Below are positions 48,840 through 58,582 of a DNA stretch of 64,000 nt, one piece after another. Position numbers and translations under genes: made by a program. The stretch's first letter is position 1; each line of letters starts with the position of its first letter. Where the stretch lies: contig JAKABW010000006.1 in NCBI GenBank assembly GCA_021796535.1, positions 6,156 to 70,155 of the forward strand, given 5' to 3'. Under the pieces are notes generated by a model that searched no databases, was not told the DNA's origin, and was given only the letters and a program-made list of their open reading frames with translations. Origin of the DNA: Actinomycetes bacterium. GTDB taxonomy: Bacteria; Actinomycetota; Acidimicrobiia; Acidimicrobiales; Bog-793.

Positions 48840-50003
48840 ATGGAGAAAAAAAGACTTCTCGTAGCCCTCATGCCAGAGATCTCCCTGCGGCAAAAAATCT
48901 GCTGTCTCACAGAGATATTGGGAAAGTCCCTGTCCAACCGGATCCCCCCTCATGTAACGGTTATTCCGCCTTTGAATACCGATCCCGAACGATTGCCTTA
49001 TCTGCGTTATGCGATAAGAAGCGCAGTGGAGAATCTTTCGGAAGAGACTTTGACCCTCGGCCCTGCCGGAAGTTTTTGGCCAAAAAATCCGGCGGTCTTT
49101 CTCGGTGCGTTTGAAAGTGACGGGTCCGTGCATCGGGGGGAAAAGCCTGGTTCGGGGAAAAGCGCCGACTGCCCGGTTAACAGTTTTTTGTATCAAATAT
49201 ATGACAGGTTAGCAAAGGGAGATTTTTCGCCTCCTCCCGGCAGAGATTCTTATTCATTTATGCCGCATGTAACAATTGCGCATGCAAAAACTTCCGAAGA
49301 AGCAGAAAAGACAGTCAATTTTCTCAGGAATTATCGGGTATCCGGAGTCATCAATTCCATAGCGCTTCTGGAGCAAGACCCATCAACTCCCGATAAAATA
49401 TGGAAAATCGTTGACGAGCCCTACTTCGGGAGAAGAGAAAAAGTAACTATTTTTGGCAATGTATATGAGATTTGCCATGAAAAAACATTATCGCCGCATG
49501 ATTTTGCGAATGCCGGTCTTTCGGAAAGCCGAAATACCAATATGGCATCCTCCGTATCGTGGCAAGAAACGTCGGCTTTCTCTGCGGAAGTCGAAACGCT
49601 TTTCCGACAAAATTGCGGAAATAAGAGGTTTGTAATTTCTGTGAGGAATTTTACTGGTGCGAAAGACAACGGGATGTTTGGCGTCGCCGTCGTCGACATC
49701 GACTGCGACGCGATGTATTTCCGCTGGCTTTTCGTGTTGCCGGAGCTGAGAAAAAGCGGTATGGGTCGGCTCCTGATGAGACATACGGAAAGATTGGCAG
49801 CCGATTACGGCTGCGGCAACGCGCTTGCTTTTTTGCCGGCCGACACGGCGGCGGTGGGCTTTTTTGAACAATTCGGGTATAGTAAAACCGGATCTTTCCG
49901 GGGAGTTTATCCGGAGAATCCGGGGGACAGATACTATCTTGGCGGAACGGGAAACAAAGAATTGCTCTTACTGTCCAAATGCTTGGAGTACGGCGGCAGG
50001 TAA
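48840..50003 (+). CDS. Fusion protein: 2H phosphoesterase (LigT/2'-5' RNA ligase-like) N-domain plus GNAT N-acetyltransferase C-domain
   Basis: Two HxT motifs (PPHVTVIPP, MPHVTIAHA) about 115 aa apart. The C-terminal WLFVLPELRKSGMGRLLMRHTERLA is GNAT motif A. Confidence 0.7.
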   Translation: MEKKRLLVALMPEISLRQKICCLTEILGKSLSNRIPPHVTVIPPLNTDPERLPYLRYAIRSAVENLSEETLTLGPAGSFWPKNPAVFLGAFESDGSVHRGEKPGSGKSADCPVNSFLYQIYDRLAKGDFSPPPGRDSYSFMPHVTIAHAKTSEEAEKTVNFLRNYRVSGVINSIALLEQDPSTPDKIWKIVDEPYFGRREKVTIFGNVYEICHEKTLSPHDFANAGLSESRNTNMASSVSWQETSAFSAEVETLFRQNCGNKRFVISVRNFTGAKDNGMFGVAVVDIDCDAMYFRWLFVLPELRKSGMGRLLMRHTERLAADYGCGNALAFLPADTAAVGFFEQFGYSKTGSFRGVYPENPGDRYYLGGTGNKELLLLSKCLEYGGR

Positions 50004-50124
50004 GAGCTTTCCATGCCGATTTCGTTATCCGCCCGGGTTTGATTGCTGGTTTTTGCCGGGCGGTATTTTGCGAAGTATCGCCGATTGCCGCAATTCATTT
50101 CAAGATATATGGCAGTCTTTCTAT

Positions 50125-51036
50125 GTGGGAAATATAAAAACTCATCCGGAATTGGCGGGTCGGTATTTCTGGCTGTTGATGACGGTTGCCGTGGGGTTGG
50201 AATTGGCAATAGGCTTGTTCTCCATTCTTTTGCTGCCGGTCTCGCGGCCCAGTGGCATCCTTCCCGAGAGAGGCAAAGCAATTTATCTCCTGCATGGCTC
50301 GCTCGGTTTGCTTTTGGCGGCGGGAGGGGTATATCTGTTTCTCAAAGCCCTCGTTTCCCGGCACCGATACCAAACCCTCACGGCACTGGGTTTGGCAGGT
50401 CTGTTGTTGGCCGGTCTCGGCGGATCTCTCACTGCCGTCAAAGAGTTGAGGCTGCTCGGGATGGGCATCATGCTCGTGGGAACTCCAATAGCCTTTTTTG
50501 CCTACCTGACGCCCCTTTTGGCCGACGGCGCCGCAACGGAGGACGACGGCGCAGGCGCAGGCCCCGTCGGAAGCGGGGAGGTGCTCAAATGGCGCGAAGT
50601 CGCCAGAGTGATTCTTGTGGATCCTTCCGCTTCCGTACTTCTGCTTTCCGCCGCAGACCCGGATGACACACAAGGCAAAGAATTTTGGTATACCCCCGGA
50701 GGCGGGGCACATGCCGGAGAAGACATCAAAGAAGCGGCGAAGCGCGAAGTTTTTGAAGAAACCGGCTATCGGATGCCGGACATAAAAGGCTCTCCGCTAT
50801 TGGAGCGCAAGACCAGTTTTAGATTCGCCGGGAAAGATTTTCATCAGTTTGAAAGGTATTTTTTTGTCCGTGTCGAGCGTTTTGATGTCAATCCGCAAGG
50901 GCTTACCGATTTGGAAAAGCGCTCAATGACCGGCTCAAAATGGTGGAGGATAGACGAGTTATTGGCCTCCAACGCCACGGTGTACCCAATGGATCTCAGC
51001 AAACTTGTCGCAGATTGGCTGATAACACAGTTATGA
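50125..51036 (+). CDS. Membrane-anchored NUDIX hydrolase
   Basis: About four N-terminal TM helices, an acidic/Gly linker, then the NUDIX box GGGAHAGEDIKEAAKREVFEETGY. The start is uncertain (GTG 50125 or ATG 50179). The ORF-track start at 49825 overlaps the preceding gene. Confidence 0.75.
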   Translation: MGNIKTHPELAGRYFWLLMTVAVGLELAIGLFSILLLPVSRPSGILPERGKAIYLLHGSLGLLLAAGGVYLFLKALVSRHRYQTLTALGLAGLLLAGLGGSLTAVKELRLLGMGIMLVGTPIAFFAYLTPLLADGAATEDDGAGAGPVGSGEVLKWREVARVILVDPSASVLLLSAADPDDTQGKEFWYTPGGGAHAGEDIKEAAKREVFEETGYRMPDIKGSPLLERKTSFRFAGKDFHQFERYFFVRVERFDVNPQGLTDLEKRSMTGSKWWRIDELLASNATVYPMDLSKLVADWLITQL

Positions 51037-51240
51037 TACTTTCCGACCATAACTCTCATCAGTTACGCTTTACAATGGTAAAGTAAAAAAGTACTTTGTA
51101 AAACACTGGTTTTGCGAAGCAAGATACGGTTTTTGAACAATGCGGTTACCCGCAGCTTCTTAAACAGAGAAACCGTCAAAAGCCCAATTCCGGAAGACAC
51201 GTTTTTGGGAAACTGAGATTTATAAGAACAAGGAGAGATT

Positions 51241-52260
51241 ATGAAGCGGACCACGTTCGGTGCCAAGGTATACGGGTACAAGTTTTTAGCAAGCCTGGCG
51301 ATGGTCTTTGCGCTTGCTTTTGCCGGGCAGCAAGCGGTTGCTTCGGCCTCCGTCGCTCAGAAAAAGACGGTAAACGCCGTTTCGCGAAAAGCGAAAAAGA
51401 ATTCCTCTCACGCAAAAAAAGAGCCCGTATTTAAGTTTTCCAATCTGCCTACGATAAAAGGCGGTTTTGGGCAGACCCCGACCATAGCATTTCCCAAGAA
51501 TGCGGCCCCCAAAAATCTAATTGCCAAAACCCTGATTCAGGGTTCCGGACCCAAAGTTCCCAAAGGGAGTCTCTTGGTGGCAAACTACATAGGCCAGATT
51601 TGGGGAGGCAAAGTGTTCGACAGTTCCTTTGCCCGCCACGTGCCGTCTGACTTTACCATAGGCACCGGTCAGGTTATCCCAGGATGGGACAAAACACTTG
51701 TGGGTCTAAAGACCGGCACGAGGGTCATGTTGGTCATACCGCCCAAGTACGGATACGGTCCCTCCGGGCAGTCTTCGGCCGGCATTACCGGCAAAGACAC
51801 GCTGGTGTTTGTGGTGGACGTGATAGCCTTTTATGCAAACGGCGCGCACTCTTCTTCGAATGTCAAGTCGGTCAAGACAGTCGTGGCCGGTGTAAAGATA
51901 ACCGGTCCCGTAACAAAAGCTCCGGTCATACAGTTTCTCAAGGGTAACAAAACCCCCAAGACTCTCAGCATTACTCTCCTTGACAGGGGCAACGGTCCGA
52001 AGATCAAGCCCGGTTTGGTAATGATGGAGTATGTGGCCGCTCCGTGGGGCACGAAACAGCGCCAGTCCAGTTGGGCCAAAGGTCAGGTTCCTCTGGGGAC
52101 AAACGTGGGAATTCCAGGCCAGACGAATGAGTTTGGTCCCCTGGTGGGGATACCTCTGGGTTCGAGGGTTTTGCTGCAGGTTCCCAAAGCAAAGACCTCT
52201 CCCGCTTTTGCCGTAGTGCTGGATTTGGTGGCAGAGCCCAAGGGTGCTTACTATAACTAG
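51241..52260 (+). CDS. Secreted FKBP-type peptidyl-prolyl cis-trans isomerase
   Basis: Signal peptide, then the FKBP core GQVIPGWDKTLVGLKTGTRVMLVIPPKYGYG. A second, more divergent FKBP-like half follows. Confidence 0.85.
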   Translation: MKRTTFGAKVYGYKFLASLAMVFALAFAGQQAVASASVAQKKTVNAVSRKAKKNSSHAKKEPVFKFSNLPTIKGGFGQTPTIAFPKNAAPKNLIAKTLIQGSGPKVPKGSLLVANYIGQIWGGKVFDSSFARHVPSDFTIGTGQVIPGWDKTLVGLKTGTRVMLVIPPKYGYGPSGQSSAGITGKDTLVFVVDVIAFYANGAHSSSNVKSVKTVVAGVKITGPVTKAPVIQFLKGNKTPKTLSITLLDRGNGPKIKPGLVMMEYVAAPWGTKQRQSSWAKGQVPLGTNVGIPGQTNEFGPLVGIPLGSRVLLQVPKAKTSPAFAVVLDLVAEPKGAYYN

Positions 52261-52327
52261 ATTTTGACACCGGCAGTTTACGGGGAAGCGTCAAAGCAAA
52301 GTGCTTTAGGTCAACCATCCTGGCAGT

Positions 52328-52930
52328 CTATGAGAGGTTTTTGTTCAAAGCATCAATGAAAGTCGCCACTTCGCGGGCTGCCCGGTCATGTAAATTGGTC
52401 AATCCGTGGTTCCCTTTTTCCAAGAACACGACTTTCGGAGCCGGTTTTATCAATTTGCTTGCCGCCGACAGTTCATCTGGCGTACCGAAAGCGTCTTTTG
52501 TTCCCGAGACAAACAGACAGGGAACGGAAATTTGGGCAAAATGTCCGGTGCGTTGACGTTCCGGTTTGCCCGGCGGGTGAAGGGGGTAGCTGATCAGAAC
52601 GAGAGCCGCTACTTCCAATCCGCCGGCCACGGCCATTGAGGCCATCCGACCTCCCATGGAGCGTCCTCCCACTGCTATGGCTTTTGTGGATACTCCGAGT
52701 TTTTCAGCCAGCTCATATGTGGCTGTAGCGACGGTTTCGATAAGTATTTCCGCTCTGTCCGGTATTTTTTTGCCGAGTTTGACATACGGAAAGTCGATTC
52801 TTGCCGTAGTCAGATTCGGCAGGGCTCTCTCCGCCGCCACCAGTCCTTGATGGGCACTGTCGGCACTTGCGCCGGGAGCCAGCACCAAACCGAGAATTTG
52901 CACGCTATACCTCCTTGCACCGCATGGCAA
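52328..52930 (-). CDS. Alpha/beta hydrolase (dienelactone-hydrolase/KANL3-like)
   Basis: Nucleophile elbow GGRSMGG and a C-terminal GNHGL histidine block. Confidence 0.7.
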   Translation of the reverse strand: MPCGARRYSVQILGLVLAPGASADSAHQGLVAAERALPNLTTARIDFPYVKLGKKIPDRAEILIETVATATYELAEKLGVSTKAIAVGGRSMGGRMASMAVAGGLEVAALVLISYPLHPPGKPERQRTGHFAQISVPCLFVSGTKDAFGTPDELSAASKLIKPAPKVVFLEKGNHGLTNLHDRAAREVATFIDALNKNLS

Positions 52931-52959
52931 TAATAGAAAAATAAGATTATGATATATAT

Positions 52960-53760
52960 ATGAAGATATCGGAGATCACCATGAGCTTACGCACTCCATT
53001 TTATAAGCTATACGAATCGCGCATAATCCATCATATCGAACGAGACAAACTGCCGGTTCATATAGGTGTTATCCTGGACGGGCACAGGCGCTTTGCCAAA
53101 GCGGAAGGCTTGGACGACTACCGCAAAAGTTATAAGGCCGGAATGAAGAAATTGGAAGAACTGCTGTCTTGGGCGCATCAGACCGATATTACGGCCGTTA
53201 CGGTCTGGGTGCTCTCCACCGACAATCTCAACAGGCCTGTCAGCGAGTTGAATCCCTATTTCGAAGTGTTGGAAGAATTTTTTGAGACTCTGCCGGCCCT
53301 GGGAAGAGAACTCGGCTTTGCCCTTGACGTTACAGGCAGCATAGACATGCTGCCCGACAGACTGATTGCCAGCGCAAAATCGGCTGTGGCGGGCTTGCCG
53401 GACGACGGCAGGGCCTCATGGAATGTCAATGTGGCTCTCTGCTACGGAGGCCGCCAAGAGATATTGGATGCCTGTAAATCCCTGGTGGAGGACCTGGCTT
53501 TCAGCGGCGTGCCGCCCGAAGAAATGAGCAGCCATATCGACGAAGAATCTTTCAGAGATCACCTGTATTCCTCGACTCTTCCCGATTTGGACTTGGTGAT
53601 CAGGACAAGCGGAGAAGCCAGACTTTCCGGTTTTTTGCTTTGGCAGTCTGTTTATGCGGAGTGTGTTTTTGTGGATCCCTACTGGCCGGCTTTCAGGCGT
53701 GTGGACTTTTTGCGGGCCTTGCGTGATTTTGCAAGACGGGAAAGGCGTTTCGGCAGATAA
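52960..53760 (+). CDS. uppS: cis-Prenyltransferase, Rv1086-like short-chain (2Z,6E)-farnesyl diphosphate synthase type
   Basis: HIGVILDGHRRFA and IRTSGEARLSGFLLWQSVYAE blocks. The C-terminus WPAFRRVDFLRALRDFARRERRFGR closely parallels mycobacterial Rv1086 as I recall it. Confidence 0.85.
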   Translation: MKISEITMSLRTPFYKLYESRIIHHIERDKLPVHIGVILDGHRRFAKAEGLDDYRKSYKAGMKKLEELLSWAHQTDITAVTVWVLSTDNLNRPVSELNPYFEVLEEFFETLPALGRELGFALDVTGSIDMLPDRLIASAKSAVAGLPDDGRASWNVNVALCYGGRQEILDACKSLVEDLAFSGVPPEEMSSHIDEESFRDHLYSSTLPDLDLVIRTSGEARLSGFLLWQSVYAECVFVDPYWPAFRRVDFLRALRDFARRERRFGR

Positions 53761-53878
53761 AGTTCCGTTTGGAGCGAAATGGCGGTAAGCTTACGGTACA
53801 CGCAAATTTTTAACTTCAGAGACGGCAGAATCCGAATGAGACGACAATTTGACTGCTGTCCGGATAAGGTCTTGATGT

Positions 53879-54895
53879 ATGGGTAAAAACGCAATTGCAG
53901 TGGCAACCTTTAACGTGCATGCCGGTATAGACGGCTGGGGAAGAGAATTCGGTCTCGTCAAAGCACTGAAAAGTATAAATGCCGACGTGGCTGCCCTCCA
54001 AGAGGTACTCATAACGAAAGACAATTATAATGAGCTGGCTGCTTTTGCCGCGGAAGAAAAAAGAGAGATGCTCGTGGTACCGCTGGCTGACGGAATCCTC
54101 AACACGCCGAATGCCTCCGGCAATACGGAAGACCTAAAATCCTGGGGCCCGCCCGGCCGCCCCGGCCGTCCCGGCAAAGTGCGATCTTTGTACCTGGTCA
54201 AAAGCAACGTCCATGAGGAGCCGTTAAGCGATTTTTATAACAGCCCCCATTATGACAAGACGAAAATTCGGGACTTTTTTGAACTGCCGCCCAAAAAAAA
54301 CATAAAACCGGACAACGTCGGCATCTGGTGCCTGGTGCTGATGAGCAAGTTGGCTTTGAAGAATTATGCACTGTACCGCTTGTCCGATCTCAGATCGGAC
54401 AAGGCCAGGCGCTGTGCTCTCAGTGTAACTTTGAATACGGGCAGCGGAGAGGTTGAAATAACCGCCGCCCATTTGGGTCATTTGACGCACGGCTCGCTTT
54501 TGCAGATGAGGCAGCTGGTCGGCGTGTGCGGACAGGGGAACATCCCCTCCGTGATACTGGGGGATTTCAACTGCTGGGGTCCGCTTCTCGTCGGGGCCCT
54601 GAATACTTTAAAGCCGAAAGAAGCCACGCTGCTGCGTTCCGGACCCTTGCCGAGCGAACATAAATTGCATATCATTCCCAATACGGCTTCTGCCGCCACC
54701 GGTGCTTTTGACAAAGAAAAACATCTGTCGGTCCGCTGGCACAGGGCCGTCAAACAGAGAAGCTGGCCCGCTTGGCATCCCCACAGTCAGGTCGATCATA
54801 TTCTGGCCAACGGGTTTTTCCGGACCGCCGAAGTTTTGGAGAGCGAGGACTTGGGCTCGGATCACTTACCGCTGGCGGCCGAACTGCTTTATTGA
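53879..54895 (+). CDS. Endonuclease/exonuclease/phosphatase (EEP) family protein
   Basis: VATFNVHAG, LQEV, GDFNCW and SDHLPL catalytic blocks. Confidence 0.8.
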   Translation: MGKNAIAVATFNVHAGIDGWGREFGLVKALKSINADVAALQEVLITKDNYNELAAFAAEEKREMLVVPLADGILNTPNASGNTEDLKSWGPPGRPGRPGKVRSLYLVKSNVHEEPLSDFYNSPHYDKTKIRDFFELPPKKNIKPDNVGIWCLVLMSKLALKNYALYRLSDLRSDKARRCALSVTLNTGSGEVEITAAHLGHLTHGSLLQMRQLVGVCGQGNIPSVILGDFNCWGPLLVGALNTLKPKEATLLRSGPLPSEHKLHIIPNTASAATGAFDKEKHLSVRWHRAVKQRSWPAWHPHSQVDHILANGFFRTAEVLESEDLGSDHLPLAAELLY

Positions 54896-54900
54896 TTTTT

Positions 54901-55398
54901 TTACAGCTCGATCAAATGTTCCAAGGCCTTGATGGCGTTGATGATGGCCGCCCGCTCTTCTTCTCCGAGATTGTATAAGGCTTTCCCCAGCCAGGCTTCC
55001 TTCTCGCGTCTGTCGTTATTCAGAATTTCTTGTCCTTTTGGGGTTATTTCTATGAGGAATTGACGACCGTCGCTTTTGTGGTGTGTCTTTTGTGCCAAGT
55101 CGCTTTCCAAGAGGGAAGCGATAATTTTAGTCATGGAGGGGGGTTTGACCAGTTCAATTCGGGACAGGGCAGTCGGCGATATGGGGCCGAACCTTTCCAA
55201 AGAAAAGAGAGCAGAAACCTGGCTCAGGCTGAGTTCGCTGTGTCGGCGTTCCGATCTCAGTCTTCTGGACAGCCTGCTTATGACGATGCGCAGATCGGCG
55301 GCCAAAGCACGCAGATCGCCGGCCGGTCCGGGATTGCCGATGGCGGCGGCTTCGCTGCGTCTCGGGTCTTTCGTCTGAGGTTCGCGGTAGTTTGTCAC
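54901..55398 (-). CDS. MarR family transcriptional regulator
   Basis: Winged-HTH pattern LSLSQVSALFSLERFGPISPTALSRIELVKPPSMTKIIASLLESDLAQK. Confidence 0.85.
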   Translation of the reverse strand: MTNYREPQTKDPRRSEAAAIGNPGPAGDLRALAADLRIVISRLSRRLRSERRHSELSLSQVSALFSLERFGPISPTALSRIELVKPPSMTKIIASLLESDLAQKTHHKSDGRQFLIEITPKGQEILNNDRREKEAWLGKALYNLGEEERAAIINAIKALEHLIEL

Positions 55399-55641
55399 AT
55401 AAGTAGACTACCTGATTGGATTGCCCGAGGGCAAACATTGCTTTACGCAGAATTCCACTGCCGGCAAAGAGTGTAAAAATACTTCCGGCTGACGTGCCGA
55501 AATCGGTATCGGGACGTTTTTTACCCCCACTTCCGTTGCTTGTCCTCTGTCTGTGGGATATAGAATATGGAACAAAAGCGTTATACGGAAAGTATTGGCA
55601 GGCTCCATCGCTGCCCGCATTGGAGTCGGACCGGGAGATAA

Positions 55642-56682
55642 ATGAAACAAACTTCTGCGATAGTTTTGGCAGCCGGGTTGGGTAAACGCATGAATTCCGG
55701 GTTGCCGAAGCCGCTTCACTGCATCTGCGGCAGAGCGATGATCCTGCATGTCTTGGACGCTTTGCTTCCGCTGGAATTGGAAAAAGTTGTTGTGGTCGTG
55801 GGCCACGGATCACGCCGGGTCATAGAGGAAGTCTCCTCTCTTTCCGACAGCCGTCTCAAGCTGGAATTTGTCGAGCAGCACACCCCGCAAGGTACTGGTG
55901 ACGCCGTGAAAGTGGCGCTTACCTGTTTTGCCGATGCCTACGACAGCAATGCCCGAGACAGCGATATCCTCATATTGCCGGGAGACGCCCCCCTGATTCT
56001 GCCCTCGACCCTTGAGGGGCTTTTACGGATGCACAAAGAGCACCTGTCGGTGGCGACTCTGCTTTCCATGGTGATTTCCGACCCCACCGGTTACGGCAGG
56101 ATCATCAGGGACAAACACGGCAGCGTTTCCAAAATAGTCGAAGAAAAAGACGCCAGCGAAGAAGAAAAACTTCTTGACGAAGTGGGAACCTCCGTTTATG
56201 TGTTCCGCCAGAGTGCTTTGGCTCCTGCTCTCAGGATTTTATCTCCAAAAAATGCTCAGAACGAGTATTACCTTACCGACGTGATAGAAGTGTTGCGAAA
56301 CGTCGGCTACGAAATATTGGCCGTGAAGGCGGCAGACGGGCGGGAAGTCGCCGGCGTCAACGACCGTTTGCAGCTGGCTTTGGCGGAAAACGAACTCAGA
56401 CGCCGTATCAACGCAAAGCACATGCTGAACGGGGTGACCATGACGGATCCCGATCATGTTTATATCGATAAAACGGTTGAAATAGAACGGGACGTAACTT
56501 TGCTGCCAGGGGTGATCCTGAAAGGGGATACTTATGTCTCCTCGGATTCGGTACTGGGGCCTTTTGTCAAGCTTGAAAACTGCCGTCTGGGTAAGAGAAC
56601 GCTCATTGAGTTTTCTTCGTTGAAAGACGTGAAATTGGAAGACGATGCCGTCGTTTCTTTCGAAGGCGGATTTCATATCTGA
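55642..56682 (+). CDS. glmU: GlmU-like UDP-GlcNAc pyrophosphorylase with a truncated left-handed beta-helix (acetyltransferase) domain
   Basis: N-terminal LAAGLGKRMNSGLPKPLH uridyltransferase signature. Only about 95 aa of hexapeptide repeats follow the linker helix. 346 aa, against about 455-495 aa for GlmU. Confidence 0.8.
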   Translation: MKQTSAIVLAAGLGKRMNSGLPKPLHCICGRAMILHVLDALLPLELEKVVVVVGHGSRRVIEEVSSLSDSRLKLEFVEQHTPQGTGDAVKVALTCFADAYDSNARDSDILILPGDAPLILPSTLEGLLRMHKEHLSVATLLSMVISDPTGYGRIIRDKHGSVSKIVEEKDASEEEKLLDEVGTSVYVFRQSALAPALRILSPKNAQNEYYLTDVIEVLRNVGYEILAVKAADGREVAGVNDRLQLALAENELRRRINAKHMLNGVTMTDPDHVYIDKTVEIERDVTLLPGVILKGDTYVSSDSVLGPFVKLENCRLGKRTLIEFSSLKDVKLEDDAVVSFEGGFHI

Positions 56683-56796
56683 GACAGCTCTTCCGTTCGG
56701 TATTTGTGCGGATTAAGATGTCTTCTATTAAGAATGGGTTTTTCTTATTTGCCGGGAGAATATGCAATAGTCTTTAAATGAGGGGTTAATACGTAT

Positions 56797-57765
56797 ATGG
56801 AATCGATGCAAACGCGTAAATTGGAGCTGTTCAGCGGGAATACTCATCGCTCATTGGCGGAAAAAATAGCCGGTCGTCTTGATTTGGAGCTTGGTGAGGC
56901 CAATCTCCAGGCTTTCGCCAACGGGGAGTTTCACTGCAAGTACAGTTCTTCCATCAGGGGCGCCGATGTTTTCATCATTCAAACGCACGCTTCTCCCATC
57001 AACGATTCCATTATGGAACAACTCATTATGATTGACGCCGCCAAAAGGGCTTCCGCCAAGCGCATTACGGCGGTATGTCCTTATTTCGGTTATTCGCGAC
57101 AGGACAGAAAAGCTTCCGGCAGAGAGCCCATCACCGCCAAATTGGTGGCCGATTTGCTGACGGCGGCCGGATCGGACAGGGTCGTGAGCGTTGATTTGCA
57201 TTCCGGACAAATCCAGGGTTTTTTCAATTACCCCGTCGACCATCTCACCGCAGCACCGGTTTTGGTGGACTACTTGAAAAAAGCCGGCACGGCTAACGAC
57301 GTCATCGTTTCTCCCGATGCAGGCAGATTGAAAGTCGCCGAACGTTTCAGCCAGCAACTGGGTACCGACGTGGCGGTCATTCACAAAAGACGCCCCCGCG
57401 GTCAAATCAATACAGTGGAAGCCCTCGGGGTTATCGGCGACGTTGTCGGCAGGCGCTGCATCATCATAGACGACATGATAGACACGGCGGGAACCGTTTC
57501 GGCCGCAGCGGAGCGCTTGGTCGACGAAGGGGCCACAGACGTTTGGGTAATGGCGACGCACGGGCTGTTGTCCGACCCGGCCGCCGAAAGACTGGCCAAA
57601 GCTCCCATTTCCAGAGTGGTGGTTACCGATACCCTCCCCATCGTCCCCGGCAAAATTCCCAACTTGGAAGTGCTGTCGGTGGCACGGTTGTTGGCAGATG
57701 CCATCAGTGCCGTTTTTGAAGATACTTCCGTGTCCAAAATATTCGACGGAGACAACCTTTCTTAA
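56797..57765 (+). CDS. prs: Ribose-phosphate diphosphokinase
   Basis: YFGYSRQDRK and PRPP loop IIDDMIDTAGT. Confidence 0.95.
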   Translation: MESMQTRKLELFSGNTHRSLAEKIAGRLDLELGEANLQAFANGEFHCKYSSSIRGADVFIIQTHASPINDSIMEQLIMIDAAKRASAKRITAVCPYFGYSRQDRKASGREPITAKLVADLLTAAGSDRVVSVDLHSGQIQGFFNYPVDHLTAAPVLVDYLKKAGTANDVIVSPDAGRLKVAERFSQQLGTDVAVIHKRRPRGQINTVEALGVIGDVVGRRCIIIDDMIDTAGTVSAAAERLVDEGATDVWVMATHGLLSDPAAERLAKAPISRVVVTDTLPIVPGKIPNLEVLSVARLLADAISAVFEDTSVSKIFDGDNLS

Positions 57766-57767
57766 AC

Positions 57768-57818
57768 GTCGGCCTCTTTTCGCGAGACTTGACAAATCGG
57801 CCGACCGGGTCTTTTTTT
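57768..57818 (+). terminator. Possible intrinsic terminator after prs
   Basis: gtcggcc ... ggccgac stem followed within 6 nt by a T7 run (57812-57818). The geometry is not ideal. Confidence 0.35.
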
Positions 57819-57952
57819 CGGTGTAAAATATCGATCAGTCTCGGGTACGGACGGCGCTTGTCCGCAATATGAGACAGGCCCGGCGGCGGTACCTTTGTAT
57901 TGTGCGAAAACGGGTGTTTACGTTTTAAAAAAGTCGGATAGGAGCATGTTCC

Positions 57953-58555
57953 ATGGCAGAGTTGCAACTGGTTGCCGAAAGGCGGACAGAAATAGGATCC
58001 AGCGAGAGTAAAAGACTGAGGCGCGCCGGACGCGTTCCGGCCATAGTTTACGGACACGGCAACGAACCCATAGCCATCAGCGTGGACGCCAAAGAATTGC
58101 GTCAGGTGTTTTCACACGGACACGGGGCAAACGCATTTGTCTCTCTCAAAATAGACGGCAAGAAGCATTCCGCACTCACCAAAACGGTGCAGCACCATAA
58201 AGTCCGTCAAGTCATATCGCACATCGACTTTCAATTGGTCAACAGAGACGAAGTGATCTCGGTGGAAGTGCCCATAGAATTTATAGGAGATCCGGTTGAG
58301 GTAACGCGCTATCACGGTACCGTGGAGCACCTGTCTTCCTCCGTTGCGCTGAAAGCAACGCCGGAAAAGATCCCCAACGTCATAACTGTCGATATTTCCC
58401 ATATGGCGGTAGACCAAATTTTGTCGGCGGGCGACCTTGTCATTCCGAAAGGCGTTGAGCTGGACACGGATCCGGGTTTTCAGATTGCCATCGCCCATGC
58501 CGGTCGCGGCATGGCTGTGGAGACTTCGGAGGACGAGAACTCCGCTTCTTCTTAA
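57953..58555 (+). CDS. rplY: 50S ribosomal protein L25/general stress protein Ctc
   Basis: RLRRAGRVPAIVYGHG N-terminus, two-domain Ctc length (200 aa), acidic tail. Confidence 0.9.
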   Translation: MAELQLVAERRTEIGSSESKRLRRAGRVPAIVYGHGNEPIAISVDAKELRQVFSHGHGANAFVSLKIDGKKHSALTKTVQHHKVRQVISHIDFQLVNRDEVISVEVPIEFIGDPVEVTRYHGTVEHLSSSVALKATPEKIPNVITVDISHMAVDQILSAGDLVIPKGVELDTDPGFQIAIAHAGRGMAVETSEDENSASS

Positions 58556-58582
58556 ATGTGCTTACAGTAAAGCCGCTCTTTT

